A stretch of 64,000 bases of DNA from Candidatus Desulfovibrio intestinipullorum (GCA_019113165.1 DXHV01000055.1:30009-94008), one strand, 5' to 3'. Counted from the stretch's first letter, positions 1 through 9,510 are shown. Program-made: numbers and translations. Notes: generated from the sequence alone by a model not told the origin.

Positions 1-820
1 AGGGGCTTCCGGGCAAGGGGGCTCCCGGTGCAGGGAACAGAAAAAGGTTGAACCACAGACCTTTTTCGCTCCAATGTGCTTGGGTATCCTGTTCCTGTGG
101 ATTTTGCAACCGCACAAGTTTGTGCGTTCCGTGCAGCACGGTCTCTGCATCCCCCCGAAATCACGCATCTGCATGGAAATTGCATAAATTCGCAAGGCTG
201 ATATTTGCCGAAAAGACAGGATTTTGTCTCCATGGTAGAAGACTGGATTTTTGTACCTGGACAGATCGCGAAGCCTTCGGCCCTCACCCGGACGCCCCCA
301 AACGGAGCACGCATGAAGAAACACAGCGTCCTTTTCGCAGCAAGAGGCCCTGTGCACAGGCTCTGTCCCCGGTACCGGCAGCTGCACCACGAGAACGCTT
401 TCCTGCGAAAGAGGAGCCATGTCTGCTCGTTTCTGGCCGGATCCCAGACCTGACAGGTCCTCTGGCGACCCCAGGGGAAACAGCAAAAAACATGCCAGAA
501 TAACTGAAAAAAAGAGTTGGCAAGGAGCCAGGAAGCTGCTAGGAAGAAGGAAGGGTATTGTGTACCCGGGGAATATGCTTTTTTGCATGAACCCCTTGCT
601 TGTTCAGGGCAAAAAGGCCCGGGGCGCACAAAACCAATCCAAAGGCTCTCGTTCATCATCAACCCCAACCAGTCAGGAGGCAACGCTTCCTCCCAAAGAT
701 CCCGAAGATCCCGAAGTTCCCGAAGCTCCCGGAGATCCCGGAGAGCTCCTGCAGCACCACTCCTTTGCCTGCATCAGGCCACAGGGAATTCAGGGCCTGG
801 GAGGCCGCGCTGAATCATTT

Positions 821-1117
821 ATGGAAGAGCGCCAGAACAGACAATCCGCACAGGAAAAGCTGCGCAGGCAGCGTCGTACCATACTGGCGGGCCTTGCCGC
901 TGCAGGCCTGGCCTACGCCGCCCCGGGTCTCCTCTCCCTCAACGAGGCTCATGCCTATTCACACCCGAGCAGACGCTCCCGCCCGTCCCGCAGATCGCGC
1001 CCGTCGCGCAGGTCCCGTTACTCGCGTTCAAGACGGAGCAGACGCTACAGCCGCTATACAGGCCCCACCCATCCGAGCCGCTACGGCAGGGGCCGGGATG
1101 GTCGCTACGGCTGGTAG
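821..1117 (+). CDS. small exported (twin-arginine-leader-like) protein with extremely Arg/Ser-rich repeat tail, hypothetical
   Basis: Internal ATG 821 of ORF 419..1117 gives MEERQNRQSAQEKLRRQRRTILAGLAAAGLAYAAPGLLSLNEAHA (RR motif, hydrophobic core, AHA site), then SHPSRRSRPSRRSRPSRRSRYSRSRRSRRYSRY...GRYGW. The repeated SRRSRP units use different codons. No clear SD, so the start is uncertain. Confidence 0.4.
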   Translation: MEERQNRQSAQEKLRRQRRTILAGLAAAGLAYAAPGLLSLNEAHAYSHPSRRSRPSRRSRPSRRSRYSRSRRSRRYSRYTGPTHPSRYGRGRDGRYGW

Positions 1118-1419
1118 CAGACTGGCCGAAGACGGTCAGCCGTTGGAAATGCCGGCAGACTGATTCCTGCGGACCTCCTGTCCGGCTGCCAGGGACGTGC
1201 AGCCACACGGCTTCCTGACAGGCGTCAGGGCTCGCGGCCTCGGAACAACACGTGCGGCACAGGGAACACGACACTGTCCTGTGCCGCTTTTTCGTGCTCT
1301 GCCTTTCCCAAACCTGCTGGCCATCTGGTTCACTGGCCGGATTTCGGGCCGCTTCCCGGGGTCAGGAACCAGGGACAGTATGCAGTCCCAGAGAATCCTC
1401 AAGGAGTCAGGATACAGTC

Positions 1420-3171
1420 ATGCACAGCGACAGGCAGTCAGACGGACCATCAGACAGGTACAAGGCTCCTTCCCCCAGGCCTTCAGGAACAAAGCCCCTG
1501 CTGCAGACGGCGGATCTGCAGGTGCAGGGGCTGAACGGTCACGTGCGTCTTTGTCTGACCAGTGACGAACTTCGCGCCGTCCATGCCTACCTTGCCCTGT
1601 GGCCGCACACCCTCGTCTGTCATGAGACAGCGGACGGAGCTTTGCCCAGGACCGTGTACCAAAGTCCGCGTCCCTGTGAAGAAGGCGCTCAGGCCAAAGG
1701 CTCGGCTGACACGAGTCCGCCTGAAGAGGCAGACTGCCTGCTTGTGCTGCGCCGCAGGGAGAATGATTCCTCTGGAACAGACAGATCGGATGGGCCTGAT
1801 TGTTCTGATGGGCCCGGACTGACGAGGCAGGTCCGGTCGGCCAGTCAGCCTGTTCAGCCTGATCGGGCTGATCCGAATGCTCCGAATGCTCCGCACGAGG
1901 TTCACGAGACGCCCAAAACACGACTGGAAAGGCAGTTTCAGGCCTGCGGGCCCGGCGGGGTCAGCTATCTTCTGGAAAAGGATCCCACGGCGCCCTCGGG
2001 ACAGCGCCAGGAAGTGACCCTGGCCGCAGCCCTGTGCAGCCTGGGCATAGCCCTGGTGGCCCATTTGTGCACCACGCAGGGTCTGCTGAGCATGCACGGA
2101 GCGCTCCTCGTTCCTGCTGCAGACAGCGGGAGCGGCGGCCTGCTGCTCCTTGGCGCCAACCGCGGCGGCAAGAGCTCGCTCTGCGTGCGCCTCATGGCCC
2201 TGGGCCTGCGCTCCCTTGGCGATGACATGCTGGGCCTCACCACAGACGCCACCTTCTTTTCCCTGGGCCTTGCGCCGCGCCTGCGCCTCCCCCTGCCCCC
2301 TTCCCGGGTTCTTGCCGACTTTGCTGCCAGGCATGCCGGCGCAGGCGATGAACGAGCCTTCTTCCTGCAGCCGGATGCGCGCTACCTGGAGCCCTTTGCA
2401 GGCCGGTCTCCGGTCAGCACACTGAGCCAGATTCTGGTCCTGGAGCGCGTGCCCAGAGTGCTCTGCCAGCAGCCATCCGTCCAGGCCCGGACCCCGGCAC
2501 AAACGCTCACCGAGCTTGTGGGGCGCTTCTTCATGCAGGAAGGATCGGCCCTGGACGTCCTTGATGCCGCCTGCCGCCTGGCCGAAACCGTGCCCTGCGC
2601 CACCTTTCGCTATGCCGACCTCGACGAGGCGGCCGAGCTCCTCGGAAAGCTTCTGCAAAGGCCTGCCCACGGAGACAAGCGCGCAGCAGACCGGGGCCTC
2701 TTTTTTGAGGGCTGGGAGGACGCCCTGCTGCCTGCGCCGGACAGACAGGGCGATGACGGGAGGAACGCAGGGACAGCCTCCGGCCCTGACGAAGAAGAAG
2801 TCGAAGAAGCCCGGGCAGACGCTCTGGCTCTGCTCAGTGAAGAGGAAGACGGGGAAGACGAGAACGCCCCGGACCCGGACTACGAGAGCAGCAAGATAGA
2901 GGGCACACAGGAATACTGCCGCTGCGAGGGCGTGCTGCTGGAACAGCGTCTGGGCACGGACTTTCTTGTGAACCCGAGCCGGGATGGCATCCATGTCCTC
3001 AACCAGACCGGCCGCATCATCTGGCAATTGCTTGACGATCCCCTCAGTCTGGACGAAGCCTGCCTGCTTCTGGAAGAAGTCTACCCGCAGACGGATCCGG
3101 ACTGCATTGCCGGGGACATGCAGGAACTCTTTGCCGACCTGCTGGACGCGGGGCTCATCAGGTCCTGCTGA
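1420..3171 (+). CDS. HprK-related Ser-kinase-like P-loop protein fused to a C-terminal PqqD/RRE-like peptide-binding domain
   Basis: In-frame ATG 1420 preceded by AAGGAG (1401-1406) within ORF 1252..3171. MHGALLV..GGLLLLGANRGGKSSLCVRLMALGLRSLGDDM matches the HprK C-terminal kinase P-loop. The last ~75 aa (LGTDFLVNPSRDGIHVLNQTGRIIWQLLDDPLSLDEACLLLEEVYP..FADLLDAGLI) are PqqD-like. An acidic linker lies between the two domains. Confidence 0.65.
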   Translation: MHSDRQSDGPSDRYKAPSPRPSGTKPLLQTADLQVQGLNGHVRLCLTSDELRAVHAYLALWPHTLVCHETADGALPRTVYQSPRPCEEGAQAKGSADTSPPEEADCLLVLRRRENDSSGTDRSDGPDCSDGPGLTRQVRSASQPVQPDRADPNAPNAPHEVHETPKTRLERQFQACGPGGVSYLLEKDPTAPSGQRQEVTLAAALCSLGIALVAHLCTTQGLLSMHGALLVPAADSGSGGLLLLGANRGGKSSLCVRLMALGLRSLGDDMLGLTTDATFFSLGLAPRLRLPLPPSRVLADFAARHAGAGDERAFFLQPDARYLEPFAGRSPVSTLSQILVLERVPRVLCQQPSVQARTPAQTLTELVGRFFMQEGSALDVLDAACRLAETVPCATFRYADLDEAAELLGKLLQRPAHGDKRAADRGLFFEGWEDALLPAPDRQGDDGRNAGTASGPDEEEVEEARADALALLSEEEDGEDENAPDPDYESSKIEGTQEYCRCEGVLLEQRLGTDFLVNPSRDGIHVLNQTGRIIWQLLDDPLSLDEACLLLEEVYPQTDPDCIAGDMQELFADLLDAGLIRSC

Positions 3172-3389
3172 CAGCCTGCAGAAATCCTGTTTGTCCCCCT
3201 GTCTGTCCCCTCTGTCGGCTCCCTGCCGAATCCGGCGGAGTCCCAACGGCCGGCCCCCTGATGTGCAGGACGTGGCAGGGTCCTGCCGCCATTCCGGGAA
3301 AAAAGTGTACCAGACAGGTCAGGATCGGCCCGCATCCTGGCTGCATATAACGTATCTTCAGGGCAAAAGCGTCTTTGGGAGGCAAAGAC

Positions 3390-3830
3390 ATGATAGCGAC
3401 ATTTTCCATCCACAATTTCCGATCCATTGCCGACACGACTCTTGCTCTCTCCTTCGGCGAGGGCAAGGCACCCCGTGGCTACAGGACATCGCCGGAATGG
3501 ATTTTTTGCGAACCCAAAGCCCGGCACAGGATAGTGCCCTGCCTGGCCTTGTACGGAGCTAATGCGTCCGGAAAGACAACCATTCTGAAGGCCCTGGCGA
3601 CCTTTGGGAAGATGGCAGTCGGGCATTGGGAAAAGGCTTGCTGCCAAAACAGGCTTGCTCCCAAAACAGGCTTGCTCCCGGTGACAGGACGACACGCTTT
3701 TCTCTGGAGTTCATTACAAAGAACACGTTGTACTGCTACACACTTGCCTGTGACGATCAGGGCCTCACAAGAGAAGAACTGTCTGCCAATGCCTCCCTGA
3801 TCTATTCGGTCCGGGAAGGCAGGCTTGTGT
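3390..3830 (+). pseudogene. AAA15/ABC-like ATPase, N-terminal fragment, frameshifted and truncated
   Basis: SD GGGAGG then ATG 3390. MIATFSIHNFRSIADTTLALSF...LALYGANASGKTTILKAL is the typical N-terminus plus Walker A. The frame breaks near 3650 and family-like sequence continues in another frame (RFSLEFITKNTLYCYTLACDDQGLTREELS, ORF 3626..3886). The rest of the gene is missing. Confidence 0.6.
3646..3679 (+). repeat. perfect 17-bp tandem duplication (aaaacaggcttgctccc x2) at the frameshift point of the ATPase pseudogene
   Basis: Read directly: units at 3646-3662 and 3663-3679, preceded by a related 15-mer aaaaggcttgctgcc. A 17-nt insertion is not a multiple of 3. Confidence 0.9.
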
Positions 3831-5003
3831 GTCCCCTGCCAGCAGCCTGGCCAGATCGCAGGCCGCAAGAGCGCCCCAGCGCCTGATCCAGCAGCCCACA
3901 GGGGCATACCAGCGGAGCACATCCCCTCCGTCCTGATGTGCCCTGGCAGGCGCATCCCCGTCTTCTTCTGTTCCGTCCTCCCCTGTTTTGTCTTCCTCGT
4001 CCAGCCAGTCCAGCCAGCTGGCCCCTTTGCCGTCTTCCTCCTCTGCGCCGTCCGGCCCGGGCTCGCTGCAGGCATGGCGGACAAAGTCCATGAGATCCCG
4101 TGTGCAGAAGAGTTCCATGTTGTCGCCTGCGCAGTACCTGCCGCTCAGGGCCCGCGCATCCTCCATCCTGTGGGCAAGACCTGCCCTGTGCAGCAGGGTT
4201 TCCACCTCGGAGCAGGTGAGGCCGAAGGCGTCTGCACCCCACAAATCCGGGAGGCCCTGACAGGTGACATTGTTGAAGCCAGTGATGAGATCGGCAAGGA
4301 CAATGAACAGGCTGCCCGTGAGCACGCCAAACTCCACGCTCCTGTTGCCCTTGAGGGAAGAGCTCAGGACATCCTGCAGAAAGAGGCGCATCCGGGGGTA
4401 ATAGCCGTGTGCCGAAGCCTGCAGGAGGGGCGCATCGTAGTCGTCGACGAGAACGACGACGCGCCGGCCGTACTGCTCGTACAGGGCGCGGGTCAGCGTT
4501 TCCAGGGGAAACTCGCGGGACCGCCTCCCTGTCTTCCCTGCCAGCCAGTCTTCGAGGTCTTCCCTGTCGTACCGGCACACGTTTTCCGACGCTGCCAGAT
4601 AGGCATGGCGCCTGTACTCCGTGACGACATCCTCCTGCATCCTGGCCCTGGCCTCTTCCCAGGTGACGGCGCCCTGCATGTTCCCGAAGGACACAAGGAC
4701 AACGGGGTACTGATTCATCCATTCCCTGCACACGTCCTCATGGGCCGAAATCCCGAGCCCTGCAAACAGCTCGCGACTGTCCTTCGTGAGGTCCAGGAAC
4801 TCGGCAAGCATGGAGAGCATCAGCGACTTGCCAAAGCCGTGCGGACGGGTGAAGAGCGTGGCTGCCCCAGGATGAAAAAACCGTTCCAGAAACCCCGTCT
4901 TGTCCACGTAGTACCCCTGCTCCTGGCGCAGGCTGGCAAAGGACGCCGTGTCCACAAGACGTATGCCCGAACCTCTGCTGTCTGAACGCTTGCTGTCTGG
5001 CAT
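3765..5003 (-). CDS. predicted AAA-ATPase family protein (AAA-ATPase_like N-domain), probably C-terminally truncated
   Basis: ATG 5003 with AGGAGA SD. FASLRQEQGYYVDKTGFLERFF..LFTRPHGFGKSLMLSMLAEFL is the family signature. The usual PD-(D/E)XK C-terminal domain is not recognisable. The C-terminus is acidic/low-complexity and overlaps the opposing pseudogene. Confidence 0.65.
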   Translation of the reverse strand: MPDSKRSDSRGSGIRLVDTASFASLRQEQGYYVDKTGFLERFFHPGAATLFTRPHGFGKSLMLSMLAEFLDLTKDSRELFAGLGISAHEDVCREWMNQYPVVLVSFGNMQGAVTWEEARARMQEDVVTEYRRHAYLAASENVCRYDREDLEDWLAGKTGRRSREFPLETLTRALYEQYGRRVVVLVDDYDAPLLQASAHGYYPRMRLFLQDVLSSSLKGNRSVEFGVLTGSLFIVLADLITGFNNVTCQGLPDLWGADAFGLTCSEVETLLHRAGLAHRMEDARALSGRYCAGDNMELFCTRDLMDFVRHACSEPGPDGAEEEDGKGASWLDWLDEEDKTGEDGTEEDGDAPARAHQDGGDVLRWYAPVGCWIRRWGALAACDLARLLAGDTQACLPGPNRSGRHWQTVLLL

Positions 5004-5698
5004 GGCACTTTCTCCTCGCTCAAGTGGTGTTTTCCTCATCTGGCTGCAGACTCCCGAGGGGCTGACCCCCCTTCCCTGTGTCACGGACCGGTCCGTGCTC
5101 TCATCTGATCTGGCCTGTCCTGAACCGGATCCGGCCGGATATGGCCGGGTCTGACAGCCCCTGGCGCCTCGTCCCCTCAATGGATCCTGCGCCTCTTCCT
5201 GATGAAGGATCCCGGAAATGCCCTTATGTCGGGGAGTCCCGGGAATCAGGCCGGATCTTTCCGGGGCCAGATCCTGCCGGAGCCGGATCCTTCCGGCTCT
5301 TCCCTTTCCGTTTTTCCTGCCTTTCCGGCTCTGCCTTCGGGCGCTTCCAGTCTTTCAGCCTGTCCCGCGCAGCCTGCGGAACCGGCATATCCTGCGTGCC
5401 GGCGTATCCTGCGTATCCGGTGTGCCCGGATCAGTGCGAAAAAACATAGCAGGTCGCCCGGGGAGAGGCAAGGCGTCAAAAAACAATGAACAATGCAACG
5501 GAGCAGCAGCAATGCACCGGGCAGCGAGGCAAAGGAACAGGGGGCTCCCGCGAAAAACGGGGCATCGGGTCTCCTGCGGCTTGACTGATTTAGCCCGGCT
5601 CACTATGTGAGCTTTCGGAAATTCGCTTCCGTTTCGCTTCTGAAGACAGGAAGGGAATGTTCCCCTGTTCCCGTCAGCCTTGTCATGGGGTTTTCGCC

Positions 5699-6652
5699 AT
5701 GGTTTTTCTCAATGCACTGGAAAGCATGCTGAGCATCACCCTGCTCTCGCTTGTCGGCTATATGCTTGCCTGGAAGGGGTGGATATCCAGGGAAGTGGAG
5801 ATCTTCATCCCCAGGTTCATCACCCAGGTGGTCATTCCGCCCTATCTCATGAGCTCGGTACTCCTCCACTTCAATCACGACAGCTTCCTGAGTCTCATCG
5901 TGGAATCCGTCGTCCCCATGATCAGCCTGATCATCTCCTTTCTCCTCTTCCTTGCCCTGGGCCGGCTCCTTGGCATGGACAAAAAGCACCTGAACCTTGC
6001 TGCCGTGGGGGCCGCCACCTCCAATACCATCTTCATCGGCATACCCGTGAACAATGCCCTGTTCGGAGAACAGGCCATCACCCATCTGCTGCTCTACTTT
6101 CTGGGCAATACCCTCTTCTTCTGGACCGTTGGCAACTTTGCCATAGCAAGGGAGGGCACCAAGGCCGACCACAGGCTCACCAGGCGGGAACTGCTGCAGC
6201 GGATCTTCTCGGCGCCGCTCCTGGGCACCCTGACGGGCATTGCCCTCCTGCTCCTGAACGTGCCCGTGCCGCGCTTTGTGACCGAAACCTGCTCCATGCT
6301 GGGCGGCCTCGGCACCCCCCTGGCCCTCATCTTCGTGGGCGTCATCCTGCGGCGCATAGACTGGAAGACCGCCCACATGGGCAAGGACATCATCCTGACC
6401 CTGACGGGCAGGATTATCCTGGCTCCGCTCATCATGATTGCCCTGGTCCGCATTCTGCCCATGCAGCTGCCGACGCTTGCGGAGCAGGTCTATATCATAC
6501 AGGCAGGGCTGCCCAGCATGACACAGATTGCCCTGCTCAGTGCCTTCTATGGCGCGGACAAGGAGTTTGGCAGTGTCTTTGTCTGCCTCTCCAGCATAGT
6601 GGGCATGATAAGCGTGCCCATCTGGATGACCATCATCAGTACCTGGCTCTAG
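5699..6652 (+). CDS. AEC (auxin efflux carrier) family membrane transporter
   Basis: About 10 hydrophobic segments. MVFLNALESMLSITLLSLVGYMLAWKGW..., NTIFIGIPV, LGGLGTPLALIFVG and IIQAGLPSM are typical of the AEC family. An alternative upstream ATG at 5657 also has an AGGAAGGGA SD. Confidence 0.85.
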   Translation: MVFLNALESMLSITLLSLVGYMLAWKGWISREVEIFIPRFITQVVIPPYLMSSVLLHFNHDSFLSLIVESVVPMISLIISFLLFLALGRLLGMDKKHLNLAAVGAATSNTIFIGIPVNNALFGEQAITHLLLYFLGNTLFFWTVGNFAIAREGTKADHRLTRRELLQRIFSAPLLGTLTGIALLLLNVPVPRFVTETCSMLGGLGTPLALIFVGVILRRIDWKTAHMGKDIILTLTGRIILAPLIMIALVRILPMQLPTLAEQVYIIQAGLPSMTQIALLSAFYGADKEFGSVFVCLSSIVGMISVPIWMTIISTWL

Positions 6653-6951
6653 GCGATCCCGAGAGACTCGGAGAGCATGCAGGATTGGGCCAGGAGGCAG
6701 TTCGCACCATCTGGCTCTGAAAGCACTGCCGCTGAGCCGCATGTCTTCAGCAGGCCCAGCTCCTGGCTCTTCGCGGCTTTCTGGGGATACTCCCACAGGG
6801 TTCTCTCCCCTGGAGCGTCTGGCCCTGGCAGACAGGGAAACCGTCCCCACGACTTTCAGAAAGCTCACCAGCAAAGACCAATGAAGACACCGCACGTCAG
6901 TGCCGGGCAGCGCATTGGCAGATCTTTTTCAATAATTGCAACTGGTTGTGT

Positions 6952-6978
6952 CAACTATTGAGCAAAACTCAATAGTTG
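6952..6978. promoter_or_regulatory. perfect 11-bp-arm palindrome caactattgag-N5-ctcaatagttg (operator or hairpin)
   Basis: Read directly. No T-run follows, so it is not a classical terminator. It shares the CAACTnTT half-site with the palindrome at 7123-7151. Confidence 0.35.
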
Positions 6979-6992
6979 GGGGCCCCTGTCTC

Positions 6993-7031
6993 TTGCTGCT
7001 GCCCCCAAAAACTGGTGTGTCAGGGCAGGCA
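6993..7031 (+). repeat. copy 1 of a 38-39 bp dispersed direct repeat (ttgctgctgccc..aaaaa..ggtgtgtcagggcaggca)
   Basis: Near-identical to 7467-7504, differing by a few substitutions and a 1-nt indel. Both copies lie in the 1.2-kb non-coding gap. Confidence 0.8.
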
Positions 7032-7122
7032 CAGGATGTGCGATTCTCATCCTGCCTGGGAAAAAATGAGAGGCGCCCATGCGAAGCGATCTCGATTTTT
7101 CAAATTATTTCAATATATTGCT

Positions 7123-7151
7123 TCAACTGTTAAAGAAAGCTTAACAGTTGA
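7123..7151. promoter_or_regulatory. perfect 11-bp-arm palindrome tcaactgttaa-N7-ttaacagttga (operator or hairpin)
   Basis: Read directly. Related half-site to 6952-6978. Sits in an AT-rich patch upstream of the aldehyde dehydrogenase gene. Confidence 0.35.
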
Positions 7152-7466
7152 GTGACTCACTTTGAATTTCCCTGGCCTGGGGCTGATGCACAGGACACAG
7201 GGCCTCCCGAGCCCTTCCTCCACCTGTGCAGCCCGGACAGTCTGTCCTTCCGCTTCCAGGCAAAGACCTCCGACGCCTGCACACAGAGGACGGGGACTGC
7301 CCATCAAGGCCATGGACGAAGGCTGCACAGGCCCGAAGAGACCGGTGCGAGCAGGCAGTTCCTGTGCCCTGGAGCGCTGTCTGGTCTGTCCTTGTGCAGG
7401 CAGGGAACAGGGACATGCCAGAGTCTGGCACCATCAGCACCACTGTTTCTTCTGCCGGAGCAGGAA

Positions 7467-7504
7467 TTGCTGCTGCCCAAAAAACGGGTGTGTCAGGGCA
7501 GGCA
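7467..7504 (+). repeat. copy 2 of the 38-39 bp dispersed direct repeat
   Basis: ttgctgctgcccaaaaaacgggtgtgtcagggcaggca compared with copy 1 at 6993-7031. Confidence 0.8.
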
Positions 7505-7861
7505 GGTGCTGCACGAGAGCGCGCTTTTTGTGCCTGACATTCGGCAAAAAAAAGCCGGAAACATTCTCGGGGTTACGGATGCAGACCGGCCCTTCCCGAA
7601 TGTTTCCGCCTTTGTACAATAGACGAGTTGCTCGCAAGGAGCGTGTCAATATCCTGGCAACAGGGACAGGGAGCAACAGTGCGGACAGCCCCGCATGGTG
7701 TCTTTGCTCCAATTGGCGTATGCACATCCCGGCAGGCGGGCCGGAATTGGGGGATTGGGAGCGGAACGTCTGCAAGCCGCCGAGCCGCATGCCGCGTGCC
7801 CCTAGCGCCCCCTGCACCCATGGCAGAGCACGAACAGTTCGGCCCCTGAGAGGAGGAGATC

Positions 7862-9259
7862 ATGCCAGCAAAAGACCCCGGCGTCATTGATCCGGCAGGC
7901 CTTGTGGCCGAACAGCGTGCCTTCTTTGCGGCAGGGCACACCCTGCCGGCAGAAGCACGCAGGGCAGCTCTCAAGAGACTGCACACGGTCCTCACGGCCC
8001 GCCAGGCAGACATGGAAGAGGCCCTGAAAAGGGACCTTGGCCACTGCCGCATGGAAAGCTTCCTTGCCGAGAGCGTGCTTCTTCTGGACGAGCTCAAAAC
8101 GGCCATGGCACGCGTGCGGGCCTGGGCCCGGCCAGGGTTCGTCCTGCCCAGTCTTCTGAATTTTCCCTCCCTGGACAGGATCTGGCGCGAGCCCTACGGA
8201 GCAACGCTCATCATCAGCCCCTGGAACTACCCTTTTCTGCTTACCCTGGGGCCGCTCATTGCGGCCGTGACTGCCGGCAACTGCGCCATCCTGAAGCCCT
8301 CCGAGGACGTGCCCGCGTCCGCAGCCCTGCTCGCGGACATGGTGGAGGAAGCCTTTGCACCGGAGCATGTGCGCGTAGTGCAGGGAGGAGCCGAGGTTGC
8401 CCGGGGGCTCCTGGCCCAGCGCTTCGATCACATCTTCTTCACAGGCAGCGCCAGGGTGGGCAGGCTCGTCCTGGAGGCAGCTGCCAGGCACCTCACACCC
8501 GTCTGTCTGGAACTCGGGGGCAAGAGTCCCTGTATTGTTACCAGGAGCGCCGACCTGCGGCTCGCCGCACGCCGCATTGCCTGGGGCAAGCTGCTCAACG
8601 CAGGCCAGACCTGCGTTGCCCCGGACTACGTCCTGGTGCAGCCGGACAGGGAAGAAGCACTCTGCCAGGAGCTTCGCCTGGCCATGCAGGCCTTCTACAG
8701 CACTGATGCGAGCAGGAGCCCGGACTATGCACGGATCGTGAACGCCCGTCATCACGCCCGCCTGGTCTCGTACCTTGAGACGGCCAGGGTGTGGCATGGC
8801 GGAGACCATGATGCGCAGAGCCTCTACTTCGGACCGACCATTGTGCGCGGCGCGAGCTTTCAGGACAGGATCATGCAGGAGGAGATCTTTGGCCCCATCC
8901 TGCCCGTTCTCCCCTGTTCTTCTCTGGACGAAGCCATCCGGCTCATCAACGACCGCGAAAAGCCCCTTGCCCTCTACCTCTTTTCCCAAAGCCGGGAAGA
9001 AGCGGACAGGGTGTGGACGCACTGCCACTTCGGGGGCGGCTGCGTGAACGACACCCTCTCCCATCTCATCAACAAGAGACTGCCCTTTGGCGGCGTGGGA
9101 CAAAGCGGCATGGGCAGCTACCACGGCCGCTGGGGCTTCGAGACCTTTTCCCACAAGAAGAGCCAGCTTGTGCGCCTTGTGCCCGATGTGCCCCTGCGCT
9201 ATCCGCCCTTTGCCGGCAAGAACCGGATACGGGCCCTGCTCAGGCGCCTGTTGGGCTAG
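7862..9259 (+). CDS. NAD(P)+-dependent aldehyde dehydrogenase (class-3-like)
   Basis: SD GAGGAGGAG before ATG 7862. Motifs FFTGSARVGR, ELGGKSPCIV, NAGQTCVAPDYVLV and EEIFGPILPV. Length 465 aa. Confidence 0.9.
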   Translation: MPAKDPGVIDPAGLVAEQRAFFAAGHTLPAEARRAALKRLHTVLTARQADMEEALKRDLGHCRMESFLAESVLLLDELKTAMARVRAWARPGFVLPSLLNFPSLDRIWREPYGATLIISPWNYPFLLTLGPLIAAVTAGNCAILKPSEDVPASAALLADMVEEAFAPEHVRVVQGGAEVARGLLAQRFDHIFFTGSARVGRLVLEAAARHLTPVCLELGGKSPCIVTRSADLRLAARRIAWGKLLNAGQTCVAPDYVLVQPDREEALCQELRLAMQAFYSTDASRSPDYARIVNARHHARLVSYLETARVWHGGDHDAQSLYFGPTIVRGASFQDRIMQEEIFGPILPVLPCSSLDEAIRLINDREKPLALYLFSQSREEADRVWTHCHFGGGCVNDTLSHLINKRLPFGGVGQSGMGSYHGRWGFETFSHKKSQLVRLVPDVPLRYPPFAGKNRIRALLRRLLG

Positions 9260-9510
9260 AGTACCGCGGGCTTCACGCGAGCAGCCAAGCCAAAGGACTT
9301 CCGCACGCCGGAGGACACTTCCCTGCGCCCCTCTGCCTGCAGTGGTGCCTGCAGTTGCCTTGCCGTCTCCTGCGGAGCAGATGGGCGGAACATGACCTGC
9401 GCTCGTGTCGCCCTTGTGCTGTCCAGCTCCTGATGATGAAAAAAATCACAAAAATAAAAACAAAATATTGCAAACAGTTGTACAAAAAAGATATCAATTT
9501 TTACCTGTAA

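Noticed and set aside
419-820. N-terminal 134 codons of ORF 419..1117
   Set aside because: No SD, and the composition differs from the downstream part. The twin-arginine leader only makes sense near the N-terminus, so the internal ATG 821 is preferred. Confidence in this choice is low.
1483-3246. 587-aa ORF on the minus strand
   Set aside because: It is antisense to the HprK-like/PqqD gene. The composition is low complexity and no SD is present.
5603-6895. 430-aa ORF on the minus strand
   Set aside because: It is antisense to the AEC transporter gene. The + frame shows the expected polytopic membrane pattern.
7420-7445. Possible sigma54 promoter (tctggcaccatcagcacc)
   Set aside because: It has TGGCAC, but the -12 element (TTGC at the correct 4-5 nt spacing) is missing.
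7162-7890. 242-aa and overlapping ORFs in the 6.65-7.86 kb gap
   Set aside because: Cys/Arg/Pro-rich translations with no SD and mutually overlapping frames. The 3' end runs into the aldehyde dehydrogenase start. I treat the region as non-coding, but a small real gene cannot be excluded.
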